A DNA stretch of 64,000 bases from the NCBI GenBank assembly GCA_965198175.1, contig OZ240245.1:4480001-4544000 (forward strand), in the 5' to 3' direction. A program made the translations under genes and the position numbers. Positions within the stretch are counted from its first letter, which is position 1. Every line of letters starts with the position of its first letter. Under the pieces are notes generated by a model, which was not told where the DNA came from, searched no databases, and saw only the letters and a program-made list of their open reading frames with translations. Shown here piece by piece: positions 46,529-57,933 of the stretch. This DNA comes from Candidatus Poribacteria bacterium. GTDB taxonomy: Bacteria > Poribacteria > WGA-4E > PCPOR2b.

Positions 46529-48463
46529 ATGGCAAACAGCGATGCCGAACTAATCAGACGTACTTTGGACGGCGATGATTCCGCGTTCGGGTTTCTGGTC
46601 GATAAATACAAAGGCGCAGTTCATGCCCTCGCCTACCGTAAAATCGGAAACTTCCACACCGCAGAAGACATTACGCAAGAAACCTTTCTCAAAGCCTACC
46701 AAAAACTCCACACGCTCAAAGATTGGCGGCATTTCCCCGGTTGGCTCTACAGAATAGCGTCACGATTCTGCTTGATGTGGCATCGAAAACAGCGACTAGT
46801 GCCGCAACCGCTCGATACCGTCGAGAAGCACCACATGGATACGCTGGCGTGGGCGAAACACACCGACCAACGAACCCGTCAAGCGGTACACGATGCGCTA
46901 GAAGTGCTGCCAGAAAGCCAACGGACGGTCTTGACGCTCCACTATCTCGGTGGGATGACGTGCGAGGAGATTGCGCAGTTCATTGGTACGTCACGCGGTG
47001 CGATTCTTAACCGTCTCTATCGCGCCCGATGTCAATTGAAAGAGGAGATAATACCGATGATGGAGAAAACATTGGGTACATTTCAATTGCCGCCGACCTT
47101 CACACAACAGATGATGAATCGAATTGACCGCATACTTCCAACGACCACTCCCCAGGGCAAGCCACTTTTGCCGTGGTTTGCTGTGGCGGCAACGCTGGTC
47201 GTTGCGCTATTCCTCGGATTGGGTCAGCGGTCAATGACGCGGTTTCAACAACCGTACAGTTTTGAGGCAGTCGAACCGGCGAATCGGGTTGAACTCATTG
47301 ACGCACCGATGGTTCCACTACCAGAAACAAAACCGGCACTCGTCAATCGCCCGATCCACTTGAACCCGCGAGACGGCAAGAAGGATACCGGACCGAATGG
47401 ATCCGCTTTCTCGGCAGTAGCAAACGGTGAAATGAATGAATCAATGCCTGGATTTGCGGTATATACGACATCGCCCGCCGACTCGAAAGCCATCTCGAAC
47501 ATACTTGCTGGAAAGGAGGATGAGCCCCCGGTTGCGATGGTTGAAACCATTGAGGAAGCAATCACATCATCTGCCGAGGTCCTGGTTCTCCGAATGGAGC
47601 GTGAATATCCCCGAGAGTTCGACGATGACCTTGTTGATGCTTTACAACGTCGCAAGGTCATCGCGGTCGGGCTTGGTGCAGCGGATCTTTTAAGAACGCT
47701 AGGCCTAGAAATTCATTCGGGCGCATTTATGCATAATCCCTATGACCATTCCCCTCGCATTCAGATAGAACCGAATAAACTCATTAAAAAGTCCGGTTTA
47801 AGTTCCACCTTTGTTGCTTTTAATGTGCCGTCTGATGTTGTAAAGTCTTATTTACCCCCCGGCGCACCCCCAGATGCGATTGACACAGACTTTAACTTCG
47901 CAATGTACATCCCTCGAAAGAGCCATCTCCGTTCTGTCGTTGATGTCATTGCCCGTTGGGCGGAGAGGAAAAACTACGCGCCTATTGTCCGTCAAGGCAA
48001 TCATATCATGATCGGACTTGATGCACCAATCGAGACATGGACGCAAATGTATCGCCAACTGTTTCGTGACATTGCAGTCGCACTACATGCTCGCGAGCGA
48101 GAGCCATTCAAAAAGGCGACATGGGAAATCAACAAACCCGGCACTTATTCCGTCAAACTGGGCAGAAGTTTGAACACAGATGAACTTCCAGTGCAAACGT
48201 TTTATTTCCAATTCACTCAGCCAACAATGTACAAAGCACACCTCAAGCATAAAGGCTCGGACAATGTCGCGCTTTTGTTCATGGGCGAAAAAAAAGGAAC
48301 ACATTGGACGCGACAGGATGCCGATCAAGGTGAACCGCTTGAGATTACACTTGAAATCACGGAAACAGACATACGGCACATAGGTGATAGATACTGGAAG
48401 CTAATGGTCATAAACTACGACTCTGAGAATATGGCAGACGGTGTATTGACGATCACGTATTGA
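46529..48463 (+). CDS. ECF sigma factor fused to a TM helix and an unrecognised extracytoplasmic region (second family)
   Basis: [65 protein letters not shown] before ATG 46523/46529. Confidence 0.85.
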   Translation: MANSDAELIRRTLDGDDSAFGFLVDKYKGAVHALAYRKIGNFHTAEDITQETFLKAYQKLHTLKDWRHFPGWLYRIASRFCLMWHRKQRLVPQPLDTVEKHHMDTLAWAKHTDQRTRQAVHDALEVLPESQRTVLTLHYLGGMTCEEIAQFIGTSRGAILNRLYRARCQLKEEIIPMMEKTLGTFQLPPTFTQQMMNRIDRILPTTTPQGKPLLPWFAVAATLVVALFLGLGQRSMTRFQQPYSFEAVEPANRVELIDAPMVPLPETKPALVNRPIHLNPRDGKKDTGPNGSAFSAVANGEMNESMPGFAVYTTSPADSKAISNILAGKEDEPPVAMVETIEEAITSSAEVLVLRMEREYPREFDDDLVDALQRRKVIAVGLGAADLLRTLGLEIHSGAFMHNPYDHSPRIQIEPNKLIKKSGLSSTFVAFNVPSDVVKSYLPPGAPPDAIDTDFNFAMYIPRKSHLRSVVDVIARWAERKNYAPIVRQGNHIMIGLDAPIETWTQMYRQLFRDIAVALHAREREPFKKATWEINKPGTYSVKLGRSLNTDELPVQTFYFQFTQPTMYKAHLKHKGSDNVALLFMGEKKGTHWTRQDADQGEPLEITLEITETDIRHIGDRYWKLMVINYDSENMADGVLTITY

Positions 48464-48675
48464 GGAATGGTGGGATTTGGTAAAGGCAACCCTTATGGTT
48501 ATCCTTACGCCGAATCCATGGCGGTCGCAGGCAGAACGTTATACGCCAGCATCCGGGACAGTAGCGTGCATCGAATCGCGCTGGATTACCCTGATGGCGA
48601 TTAGTTCGTCGAAATGCAAAGTTTCTTCGCCAAACCTACTTAAGTCGTAGATGTTCAAAAGAGAGGCTTTCTTGC

Positions 48676-51600
48676 TCACGCCCAATTTTCACACAACACT
48701 TCGGCTTGCTCTAGGACGGTCTCGGCAGCTTTGGCTTGTTTGTCGGGTGGGTAACCGTATTTTCGTAAGATTCGCTTCACCAATCGGCGCAGGTTAGCGC
48801 GCACGCTCTCCTTCATCGTCCAGTCGATGGTTACGTTGTTACGGACGGTTCTTACGAGTTCAGTCGCGATAGTGCGCAAGGTCTCATCTCCCAGCACCTG
48901 CACGGCGCTATCGTTGGTTTCAAGCGCGTCGTAGAATGCCAATTCATCGCGTGAGAGTCCCAACTCCTCGCCACGGTCCCGCGCCTGACGCAGCTCCCTC
49001 GCTGTTTGGATAAGTTCCTCGATTACCTGCGCGGCTTGTATCGTCCGGTTTTGATAGGCGCGAATTGATTTTTCTAGCATCTCTGCGAATGACCGTGCTT
49101 GTACGACGTTTTGCCGCGAGTGGGTTTTGATTTCATCGTTGAGCAACTTTTCCAAAAGTTCGACGGCAAGATTCCTTTGCGGTAAATTGCGCACTTCTGC
49201 TAGGAATTCGTCGGAGAGAATTGAGATATCCGGCTTGTCTAATCCCGCGGCGGCAAAGATGTCTACTACGCCTTCAGGAACGACAGCCTTGGATACCAAC
49301 TGCTTGATGGCGAGTTCTGCCGCCTCGGATTGGGACTCCTCTCTAGCCGTCAATTTTGCCAAGACGCCTCTGACCGCTTGGAAAAATGCAACATCGTCGC
49401 GTATCTTGATTGCGCTTTCGTGCGGCACGACTAGCGAAAAGGCTTTGGAGAGCGCAGCAACCTCATTCAGTAGACGGGTTTTGCCATCTTCCAAGCCCAA
49501 GATATGTTCTTGGGCGCCGGGTAGCAGTCTGAGACGCTCCTCGGCGTTTCCGTCAATCCACGACGACCAATCGAAACCGTGGAACAGCCCGCAGCAGATT
49601 TCGTGCTTTTCCAGCATTACAGCAATCGCTTCGGCTTTATTGATGGCGGGCTTGCCCTTTCCGCCGCCTTCCGTATAGTTAGTTAAAGCCTGCTTTAGAT
49701 GGTAACCGATCCCGATGTAGTCTACAATTAGACCGCCGGGTTTTTCGCCGAAGACACGATTGACGCGCGCGATAGCTTGCATCAGGGTATGACCTCGCAT
49801 CGGTTTGTCGACATACATTGTGTGAAGGCTCGGAGCATCAAAGCCGGTCAGCCACATGTCACGGACAATCACAAACTTCAACGGATCATCGGGTTTCTTG
49901 AACCGAACTGCCAGCTCTTCGCGCCGCGCTTTGTTGCGGATATGCGGCTGCCACGACTCGTCCTCCGACGCCTCGCCCGTCATTACAACCTTAATGAACC
50001 CCTGCTTATCATCCTCACCATGCCATTCCGGACGCTTTTCGACAATGGCGTTGTAGAGATCGACGCAGATACGGCGGCTCATACAGACCACCATCGCCTT
50101 GCCATCCATTGCATCCAACCGCTCCTCGAAATGCGTGATGATATCATCAGCAACCAGAGCCAAACGCTTCTCGGTTCCAACCAGTGCCTCAAGCTGAGCC
50201 CATTTAGATTTGAGTCTCTCCTTGTGCCTTTCCTCCTCTCCTTCGGTCACCTCCTCAAATTCTGGGTCAACATGAGGCTTCTCGTTCTCGTCCAGTTCAA
50301 TTTTGGCGAGTCGGCTCTCGTAGTAGATTGGAACAGTGGCGCCGTCATCAACCGCACGTTGTATATCGTAGATACTGATGTAATCTCCAAAAACGTTTCG
50401 GGTGTTGCGGTCTGTCTCTTCAATGGGGGTGCCGGTGAAACCGATAAATGAGGCGTTCGGGAGTGCGTCGCGCATGTGACGGGCAAATCCGTCAATAAAA
50501 TCGTACTGGCTGCGGTGGGCTTCGTCCGCAATGACAACGATGTTTCGCCGGTCGGATAGTAACGGGAATTGGAGTTCGTCATCATCGGGAAAAAACTTCT
50601 GCACCGTTGTAAAAACCACGCCGCCCGAAGCAACTTTCAGGAGTTCGCGCAGGTGTACCCTGTCTTTCGCTTGGACAGGTATTTGTCGCAATAGTTGATT
50701 ACATCTAGCGAACGTGCCGAACAGTTGGTCGTCTAAGTCGTTGCGGTCGGTGATGACGACCAGTGTCGGGTTTTGCATCTCTGGGTGCCGGACAATGCTG
50801 CCAGCGTAAAATGCCATAGTCAGGCTCTTGCCCGAACCTTGCGTGTGCCAGATAACGCCGCAACGTTTGTCCCCATCCGGACGCGACGCCTTCACGGAAG
50901 TGTCAACAGCGGCTCTAACGGCGTGGAATTGGTGATAACCGGCGATCTTCTTGGCAATTGTATCGCCGCCCGTTTCCTCAAAGACAATAAAGTGCTTAAG
51001 ATAGTTCAGGAATCGTTCCTTGTCAAAGAGTCCCTTGATTGTAACCTCAAGTTCCAAATCTGTTGATTCGGCTTCGGTTTCTCCCTCGACTGTCCGCCAC
51101 GGCATGAACCGTTCCTGATTTGCCGTCAAAGCACCGACACGAGCTTCCAAGCCGTCAGAAATAACTATCGCCTCGTTATATGTGAACAGCCGCGGAATTT
51201 CTCGCTTGTAGGTCTGGAGTTGGCGAAACGCGGACCAGACAGTGGCATTCTCATCGGTCGGGTTTTTGAGTTCAATCACGCCTAGCGGAATGCCGTTGAT
51301 AAACAGCACGATGTCCGGTCGGCGTTCGGTCTCCCCCATCACGGTGAACTGATTCACTGCCAGCCAGTCGTTATTTTCGGGGTTCTCAAAATCCACCAAT
51401 CGCACGCCCCCGCCGCGAGTTGTACCGTCTGAATCTTGATACTCAATCTCGACGCCATCAACCAACATTAGGTGAAACGTCCGGTTGTTTTGGACCAATG
51501 ACGGGGAGTTTGGAGAGAGTATTCTTTGAACGACTTCGTCTTGCGATTCGGCAGGCATCGTTGGATTCATGCGGGCAACCGAATCGCGCAGACGCTGTGT

Positions 51601-51747
51601 CAACACCACGTCTTCATATCTTGAACGTTCGGCACCTGGCGTTTCTGGAGCAATATCAGGACCGTGCAAGACGGAATAACCCATACCCGCGAGCCAATCC
51701 AGTGCGGTTTGTTCGATATCGAATTCGTCAATCGTATTAAGATTCAT
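48676..51747 (-). CDS. hsdR: Type I restriction endonuclease subunit R
   Basis: PDIVLF.NGIPL..IELK nuclease, [32 protein letters not shown]. Confidence 0.95.
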   Translation of the reverse strand: MNLNTIDEFDIEQTALDWLAGMGYSVLHGPDIAPETPGAERSRYEDVVLTQRLRDSVARMNPTMPAESQDEVVQRILSPNSPSLVQNNRTFHLMLVDGVEIEYQDSDGTTRGGGVRLVDFENPENNDWLAVNQFTVMGETERRPDIVLFINGIPLGVIELKNPTDENATVWSAFRQLQTYKREIPRLFTYNEAIVISDGLEARVGALTANQERFMPWRTVEGETEAESTDLELEVTIKGLFDKERFLNYLKHFIVFEETGGDTIAKKIAGYHQFHAVRAAVDTSVKASRPDGDKRCGVIWHTQGSGKSLTMAFYAGSIVRHPEMQNPTLVVITDRNDLDDQLFGTFARCNQLLRQIPVQAKDRVHLRELLKVASGGVVFTTVQKFFPDDDELQFPLLSDRRNIVVIADEAHRSQYDFIDGFARHMRDALPNASFIGFTGTPIEETDRNTRNVFGDYISIYDIQRAVDDGATVPIYYESRLAKIELDENEKPHVDPEFEEVTEGEEERHKERLKSKWAQLEALVGTEKRLALVADDIITHFEERLDAMDGKAMVVCMSRRICVDLYNAIVEKRPEWHGEDDKQGFIKVVMTGEASEDESWQPHIRNKARREELAVRFKKPDDPLKFVIVRDMWLTGFDAPSLHTMYVDKPMRGHTLMQAIARVNRVFGEKPGGLIVDYIGIGYHLKQALTNYTEGGGKGKPAINKAEAIAVMLEKHEICCGLFHGFDWSSWIDGNAEERLRLLPGAQEHILGLEDGKTRLLNEVAALSKAFSLVVPHESAIKIRDDVAFFQAVRGVLAKLTAREESQSEAAELAIKQLVSKAVVPEGVVDIFAAAGLDKPDISILSDEFLAEVRNLPQRNLAVELLEKLLNDEIKTHSRQNVVQARSFAEMLEKSIRAYQNRTIQAAQVIEELIQTARELRQARDRGEELGLSRDELAFYDALETNDSAVQVLGDETLRTIATELVRTVRNNVTIDWTMKESVRANLRRLVKRILRKYGYPPDKQAKAAETVLEQAEVLCENWA

Positions 51748-51800
51748 GCTATCAATTCAAACTGAGTTGTATGAATCATACAAGCAGGTCAGAAGGAATC

Positions 51801-52424
51801 TTAGATTTTGAATCCACTCTCTCCCACACACGCTTTGAGTCCCTCAAGAAACACTTGAAAACTTTTCGACGTGTTCTGGTCCGGTATCATGTGTGAAGCG
51901 ATGTTTTGTGCTACGACAGTCTTGGGTAACCACTTTGGATAGTACCGTTTCAGCACACGTCCGAGTGCTTCGTGTGTGCCGCCTGCAATTGCATCGGGAT
52001 TTCGAAAATTAGCCCGGTTATGGAACGTCCTTGAGACGTTTGGATAGGCTTTTCGTACAGCTTCAGGGTCTCCAAAGAACCAAGCGTCCAATTCCTCAAT
52101 TGCCAGTCGATTAACAACTCTAAAATTCCTATCTGAGGTGGTGCGGGTTTTCGTCATGAAGCCCGCCTCACTAGCTGCTTGTTCTAACTTTGCCTTCAGT
52201 TGCAAACAATCTTCGCGATCTTCATCAATAAGAACTATAATTCGCCAATCATCTGGTATCCAGTGGCGGTATCCCTTCAATCGAATCGGCAGGTTCTTAA
52301 GCAGGTCGTGTTTGCCTTGAAACACATGGAAGTTGAAACCCACGTCGTCGGAAAAAACCGTGGGTAAGACTGCCTCTAATGCTGCTTCAGCCGAGCGTTC
52401 CTCCAAAAGGAATTCAATGTGCAC
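51801..52424 (-). CDS. DUF4276-like (TOPRIM-like) protein
   Basis: [52 protein letters not shown] before GTG 52424; overlaps the ATPase gene end. Confidence 0.75.
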   Translation of the reverse strand: MHIEFLLEERSAEAALEAVLPTVFSDDVGFNFHVFQGKHDLLKNLPIRLKGYRHWIPDDWRIIVLIDEDREDCLQLKAKLEQAASEAGFMTKTRTTSDRNFRVVNRLAIEELDAWFFGDPEAVRKAYPNVSRTFHNRANFRNPDAIAGGTHEALGRVLKRYYPKWLPKTVVAQNIASHMIPDQNTSKSFQVFLEGLKACVGESGFKI

Positions 52425-53637
52425 GTCTCCCTCCCTTTGGACCGCCCGCATTCGTCAGCGGATCCCCGAATTCAAAGTACCCTTCCATCCAGAGTTGACC
52501 CAACTTCGCGCCCGTTTCCAAAAAGCTATTGATTCCCTGCATCTCAGATGTGCGTTTACAGACCGTAAACCCCTGCTCATCGCGATAAAGCACCCACACT
52601 TCGTCGGCGCGAAGTTCGTTGATAAAATGGGGCGAGTGGGTGGTAATCATGATTTGAGACGAGGTGGATGCTACACGGCACTCCTCCGTCAAACCAGGCA
52701 ACAGCCGCGGGTGCAGGTAATTTTCAGGTTCCTCGATACCGATTAACTGGGCGGGTTCTGGATCATGTAAAAGCGTCAGGTACGACAACATCTTTAAAGT
52801 CCCATCGGAAGCGTACTTCGCGAGGATTGGTTCTTCAAACGGGGCATCCTTAATTTGCAACAGCAGGCGTCCGTCTGCCATCAGTTCTGCGTCCACCTTT
52901 TCTAAGCGTGGCACCCGATTAGAAAGAGTTAGGAGAATATCTGCCAAACGATTTGAGTGCTGCTCTTTCAGATACTGAATAACATTGGGGAGATTGTCTC
53001 CTGTCTCGGTGAGTCGATCTTGTGGTCCCGCCTCGGTAACGCCGCGTGTAGCATCGGCGGAAAGGTAAGAAAGATGCCAGCTAGTAATGAATCGGCGAAG
53101 GGCACTCACGCGGGGGTGTCGCGCCAACTGCCCAAGTGTGCTGACGGCGAGCATTGACGCATCATCAAGTCGCTCATCAATTCGCGTGTCTTTCTCATCT
53201 GGCATTTCGCCTGCGATTACACGGCCTGCTCCTTCTTGAAAATCGAGGAAACGAAACGGTTTCCCCCGACTTCCTCGTCGCCATTGCAGCCATTCTGTGT
53301 CAACAAAGGCTCCCTTTTTCCCCTCATCAATGGATAGATGATACGTAATTATCGGTGTCCCTCGTTTCTCACGATACTTCAACTCAAATTCAATAGGACC
53401 ATCGCTTCCGCGGGTTCGCAGTTCCTTAAAACGCCCCCTTTTGTCGCAAGCCTGTCGCAATCCGACAGCGAAACACTCCGCTAGAAACGCAAAAACATCG
53501 AACAGTGTTGACTTTCCGCTGCCGTTAGGTCCTAAAAAAGCGGACAGCGGCGTGATTTTTTTCAATTCCACTTCCCGCAACGCGCGGTAGTTCTTTACAC
53601 GCAATGACTCAATACGGGGAACGGTCTGTTGCAACAT
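52414..53637 (-). CDS. ABC-type AAA ATPase (AAA_21-like)
   Basis: GPNGSGKS Walker A, SDGT signature, IEEPEN.LHP Walker B, TTHSP. Confidence 0.88.
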   Translation of the reverse strand: MLQQTVPRIESLRVKNYRALREVELKKITPLSAFLGPNGSGKSTLFDVFAFLAECFAVGLRQACDKRGRFKELRTRGSDGPIEFELKYREKRGTPIITYHLSIDEGKKGAFVDTEWLQWRRGSRGKPFRFLDFQEGAGRVIAGEMPDEKDTRIDERLDDASMLAVSTLGQLARHPRVSALRRFITSWHLSYLSADATRGVTEAGPQDRLTETGDNLPNVIQYLKEQHSNRLADILLTLSNRVPRLEKVDAELMADGRLLLQIKDAPFEEPILAKYASDGTLKMLSYLTLLHDPEPAQLIGIEEPENYLHPRLLPGLTEECRVASTSSQIMITTHSPHFINELRADEVWVLYRDEQGFTVCKRTSEMQGINSFLETGAKLGQLWMEGYFEFGDPLTNAGGPKGGRRAH

Positions 53638-53756
53638 CTAAATCACCTCCATTTTCTCATTTCTATCGTACAAGCAAATCTAGACTGAAATCCGATACTG
53701 CGGTTGTACGACTTAGAGTAAGAACAGGAACCGTACTCAAATTCAACAGTTAGTCT

Positions 53757-54686
53757 TTACAACTCACCAAAGTCTTTGAATAATTGTCGAACCAAGTCGT
53801 CACGGTCGTCATTTGGAGCATCTGGTGAACGCTCAAGACTATATTCTATGGCTTTGAGACCTTGGAACGAGGGACGCCTGCCAAAAAGCGGGTGTTTTTG
53901 TATCTCTCCACTAAGGCAATCAACCACACCTAAGACGGTCGACAAACAGTCCTTCAAGACAAGACTTACCTGCCGTTCGTTTGACTCCATATCCAGATAT
54001 CTCTTTGGGTCAAGTCCGTCAGAACCGCTTAGTTTCATATCCACGAAGAGTTTGATTTCAACTACAGCATCTAGTGGCTCAACTGAATATGCAATGAAAT
54101 CTTTTCTCAGTTTCGATCTCAAGTTAGATCGGAAACTATGTATCCGAGGTTTTACGTTAGGATTACCGCCTCCCAGAAATCTTGTAGAGCACCGATCCAA
54201 ATCATAGAACGGAAAAATGGATTCCCTGTGCTTATCAATGTTGCAGAGAGAATGAACGGTTTTTAGAGCGGACCATTTGTCATTGTTACTAAATGGTTGC
54301 ATCTCTTTGATTCTAGCCATGGACTGTTGACTTACACCGCAAAGCTTAGTTTTTACTGCATTGTTGAAACGAGTCTCATCTTCGAATATGGGAAATTCGT
54401 TATGATGATTTGGCGCTTTATAGTTTGCGTGGACTAACTGCCAAATCAACTGATCAAGAGTAGACCGCAGATTATATACTATTTCTCCTACTCGAACTGA
54501 ATATTGAATTGGGACAGCGGGCGTTTCGCCCCGAAATACCCAGATTCTGTCCCCAACATCTGGCCGCAGTTCTTCGGAAAACAAGTCTTGCTGAGTTTCA
54601 CAACTTTCCGTAACATCACCCGCCAGGTGTTCGATTTGATCTTGTGCCCTTTGGAGTTTTGCATTAACTCCTTCTAGTGTAACCAC
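53757..54686 (-). CDS. Hypothetical protein, possible HEPN-like
   Basis: AAGGAG SD; NLRSTLDQL, EFPI and LCNIDKHR motifs; visibly more AT-rich than neighbours. Confidence 0.6.
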   Translation of the reverse strand: MVTLEGVNAKLQRAQDQIEHLAGDVTESCETQQDLFSEELRPDVGDRIWVFRGETPAVPIQYSVRVGEIVYNLRSTLDQLIWQLVHANYKAPNHHNEFPIFEDETRFNNAVKTKLCGVSQQSMARIKEMQPFSNNDKWSALKTVHSLCNIDKHRESIFPFYDLDRCSTRFLGGGNPNVKPRIHSFRSNLRSKLRKDFIAYSVEPLDAVVEIKLFVDMKLSGSDGLDPKRYLDMESNERQVSLVLKDCLSTVLGVVDCLSGEIQKHPLFGRRPSFQGLKAIEYSLERSPDAPNDDRDDLVRQLFKDFGEL

Positions 54687-54713
54687 GTAAAGCGTCTCCT
54701 TAAAATTGAATTA

Positions 54714-55940
54714 CTACACAACTATTCGATCTGTTCCAACACGAATTTCCCCCGACAATAGTTTCGGTAGCAGAGCGTCACGAATTTGCGAGAGGGTATG
54801 TGACTGATGAATGTTGTCAATTATCCTTTCGAGCAATGGTCGAATTAACTCGGTATATTTTCTAGCAATGTTCATCTGAGGAAGCGCAATTTCGTATCTT
54901 GACATATCTCTCCAATTGGTTCGTGGCATTCTCGTACCCGTAGAATGGGCATCAGTATACGCAACGAATTCGTCACAGGACACAAGCCCCAAAACAACAC
55001 CGAACCGCTCAGATTCAACCGGCTGAATCACTAGAATGTCAGTTGAGCAAACCCCGTCGATCGGTGCAACGCCGACCTTGTGAAAATAAGGTCGAAGTTT
55101 CCCAAAGAGGATTTCGCCCTTTCTGAAACGAAACTTATTGCTGCTGATTCCGTCGGCGGTCTGCCATTCAGAGAGAGCAATATTTCGCTTTGGCATATGT
55201 TCTAATCCGATATAAACGTCTTCAGAGTCGATTTCGTTAACTCTTGCACTACGCCGAACATTATGTGCTATCTCGCCGAGAGTTCCAACTTCCCACCCCT
55301 CTGGAATCTTTCCGATTGCCGAGTCTTGAAAAGCAGAAGGAAATAAGGCAGCGGTTTCGGCATCCATGCCAACGGGTTCGCGTCCCTCCATCTTTGCCCG
55401 CACGGGATCAAAATCCACAAACCACGACTTGAAAATTGCCCTTGCTGTCGTCTCAAGCGTCTCGTTCATCAGTCGGTTGAGTTCAATCTTGCCGTCGAGC
55501 GAGCCGAGGATGTGGGCGATACGGCGTTGCTCAGAGAGCGGGGGAATCGTTGCAGGTATTTGTGAGAGGATGGTTTGATTGAGCAATGGCTGCCCCGACC
55601 CTGTTCGCCAATCATTTAAGCGAAGGGTATGGAGAAGGTAGAAAAGAAACTTTGTATCATTCCCATCTTTTGCATTTGCTCGAATAGCATTGTCTGTAAC
55701 CCAGCAAGAAGTATTGCTAAAGTAGACCGATCCGCAATAACTACCAACGCGCCCGATAATGATTGTACAAGGGACTGCATTGACCTCATTACAGAATCCA
55801 ATAATTCCATTAGAGCCATAAACGGGATTAGGCAAATTGTTGACGCGAATAGGGCTGGACTTCCCATTGGAGAAAGATAATAGGTTGCCTAGACTGCTCC
55901 TAATCCAATCACTGTTCATACTTCCGCCTATATAAATCAA
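54714..55940 (-). CDS. hsdS: Type I R-M specificity subunit (start may be ATG 55919)
   Basis: Two TRDs with conserved PPLSEQRRIAHIL..LD.KIELN, IPEGW, RDALLPKLLSGE. Confidence 0.92.
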   Translation of the reverse strand: MIYIGGSMNSDWIRSSLGNLLSFSNGKSSPIRVNNLPNPVYGSNGIIGFCNEVNAVPCTIIIGRVGSYCGSVYFSNTSCWVTDNAIRANAKDGNDTKFLFYLLHTLRLNDWRTGSGQPLLNQTILSQIPATIPPLSEQRRIAHILGSLDGKIELNRLMNETLETTARAIFKSWFVDFDPVRAKMEGREPVGMDAETAALFPSAFQDSAIGKIPEGWEVGTLGEIAHNVRRSARVNEIDSEDVYIGLEHMPKRNIALSEWQTADGISSNKFRFRKGEILFGKLRPYFHKVGVAPIDGVCSTDILVIQPVESERFGVVLGLVSCDEFVAYTDAHSTGTRMPRTNWRDMSRYEIALPQMNIARKYTELIRPLLERIIDNIHQSHTLSQIRDALLPKLLSGEIRVGTDRIVV

Positions 55941-56182
55941 TATGATGCCCGTCGGAGAACCAAGGCCTCCGCAATTTCGGCACCGTCGGTCATCGTTTCT
56001 TTAAAATCGCCGAAATCGCTGTGTTGGCCTTCCCAGTCGTGGATTTGGGTATTCAGTTTTATCTTTCTGACCGAGATGCGCTCTTGTGCTAGGTCATCAT
56101 AGCCGTCTTCGTAGCCATTGACGACAACGCGCAGATTTTCTGGATATTGGCTAAGTAGTTCCTTTAATGATTTAACTGTCAT
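55937..56182 (-). CDS. Small hypothetical protein
   Basis: ATGA overlap with upstream gene, GGAGAGG SD; MTVK.LKE.L..YP..LRVVV.GYEDGYDD. Confidence 0.65.
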   Translation of the reverse strand: MTVKSLKELLSQYPENLRVVVNGYEDGYDDLAQERISVRKIKLNTQIHDWEGQHSDFGDFKETMTDGAEIAEALVLRRASY

Positions 56183-57933
56183 TTTTCCTCTCCTTTTGAA
56201 TAGGGGCGATACTCGAGCAGTGCCGAACGGCCGACGATAGCCACGATTCGTACAATTAGTTCTTTTCCTTCAGCATCTGTGAGGCGCAGATCCTCGCCGG
56301 GCATGAAATGAACCGGCTGCTGTTTTCCCTCATTGATGGCGATGTCGGAGGCGTAAAGGTAGGTTCGGTCATGTGTATCGCGTTTGGGATTCAACCGCCC
56401 GGATAGACCGGGAAGGTAGCCTGTCACCTCCGGAAAAATTACCGATCCGCCCTCTGGCAGACGTTTCATCTCCACTGTGAGTGCACCACTTGCGGGCAGC
56501 CAGTCGTTATTAAGGTGCGCGGCGAAGCCATCCGCCGCAGCAAACACCGTCATCGGAAGATGTGTTGAATGCAGATCCACTTGCGCCTCGCCATTGTCAT
56601 CCGTAGTGCCGTGTTTCCATGTCTTATTCGGAAAGAGTGCTAACAGATTAACCCCCGACAAGGGATTGCCATGATGCCGACATACAATGGCGGCGGTTGC
56701 CGGGGTTGGGTCCGTAGCGGCAGCCAGAATGGTAAGAAAAAGATCTGAGCCATCAATAATCCGATATACTGGATGCTTTCCGGTTAAGGCTTGTGTTTCA
56801 CGATGGATAATTGGCACGCCGTCTCCCCGCCGCTCCATGAAGAACTGCCGGTCACCTGAACCTCTTATACTGGACACAGGCATTCGGCCCAAGACCGATG
56901 CAAGACCTTCGTTTCGTATTGATTGGCGGTCCGCCATGCTCTCAATCGTCAGGTTGTTCGGCAAACCGCCGGGGGAGTTGAGTTCGAGCCGATCCGCGAA
57001 CATTGAGAGCCGAGTCCGGCTACCGCGAATTGAGTAGTCCCGGTGTACAACGGCGTTGACAATCGCTTCAAAAAGTGCCTCCTCGCTGTATTGGGGCAAG
57101 TTGGTACGAGCCGGGTTCTTGTGAGCTCCCACGCGCATGTTGCGCAGGGCAAAGGCGACCGCTTCGGCAATCTGTCGATTCAGCGGTCCGGCAATTATCT
57201 GAGCGTCAATTTGCTCCGATGCACGGTCACTCCCACGGTAACAGGTTGCGGCGATGCAAGCGTTCGGCAGCCACTCTTCCGGAGAACGGGTGCACAACAA
57301 CACGCCCGCCACCGTTGCACGAGTTGTTCCGTTTTCATCCGTTGTCAGGAGCCCCATCTTATCAAGCGCGGATTCGGGATCGGCGGCGCCTTCGGCACTC
57401 AGCAGGGGTTTCCAGAGAGATTCGTCCAGGGTTCCGAAACCGGTTTCCGGAACCGGCTGTTTGTCAAACCACAGGAAACGCGCTTGGCTACGTCGCTGCG
57501 CCAAACGCAGTCGCTCATCGCTCGTCATCCGACGTTTTGAACTTCCAATCCGGTGGAAACTCCCGCCCGGGCTATCGTGCTGCGCATGCCCCTGCGGTAT
57601 TTCAGCCAGCAGAAATGGGAGCCCTTCATCCAATTGCCTACGTAGGACGACAAGCTGAATAGGGGGTTTAATCGTGTCGGTGCAGACCTCGACCAAAAGC
57701 CGCTCAAGTTCGTCCATTTGTTCGCGCGACATGCCGACCACATCGCCCGCGTTAGTCACGCCACACAGCAACACGCCTCCCTCCGTGTTGGCGAATGCTG
57801 CGATTTCATCCGCGAAATCGTCACGACTGGGTTGCTTGGGGACGTTTCCGGCGAACCTGACCTCCTTAAATTCCCAGCGGCTGTCTTTCCCTAAGCGTAG
57901 TTGGCGTCTAATCTCCTCGTCACCAAAACTCAT
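56179..57933 (-). CDS. Schlafen/AlbA_2 + HATPase_c_4 (RecG C-terminal-like) protein with an atypical C-terminus
   Basis: WEFKE...[41 protein letters not shown] overlap with the hsdM stop. Confidence 0.85.
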   Translation of the reverse strand: MSFGDEEIRRQLRLGKDSRWEFKEVRFAGNVPKQPSRDDFADEIAAFANTEGGVLLCGVTNAGDVVGMSREQMDELERLLVEVCTDTIKPPIQLVVLRRQLDEGLPFLLAEIPQGHAQHDSPGGSFHRIGSSKRRMTSDERLRLAQRRSQARFLWFDKQPVPETGFGTLDESLWKPLLSAEGAADPESALDKMGLLTTDENGTTRATVAGVLLCTRSPEEWLPNACIAATCYRGSDRASEQIDAQIIAGPLNRQIAEAVAFALRNMRVGAHKNPARTNLPQYSEEALFEAIVNAVVHRDYSIRGSRTRLSMFADRLELNSPGGLPNNLTIESMADRQSIRNEGLASVLGRMPVSSIRGSGDRQFFMERRGDGVPIIHRETQALTGKHPVYRIIDGSDLFLTILAAATDPTPATAAIVCRHHGNPLSGVNLLALFPNKTWKHGTTDDNGEAQVDLHSTHLPMTVFAAADGFAAHLNNDWLPASGALTVEMKRLPEGGSVIFPEVTGYLPGLSGRLNPKRDTHDRTYLYASDIAINEGKQQPVHFMPGEDLRLTDAEGKELIVRIVAIVGRSALLEYRPYSKGEEK

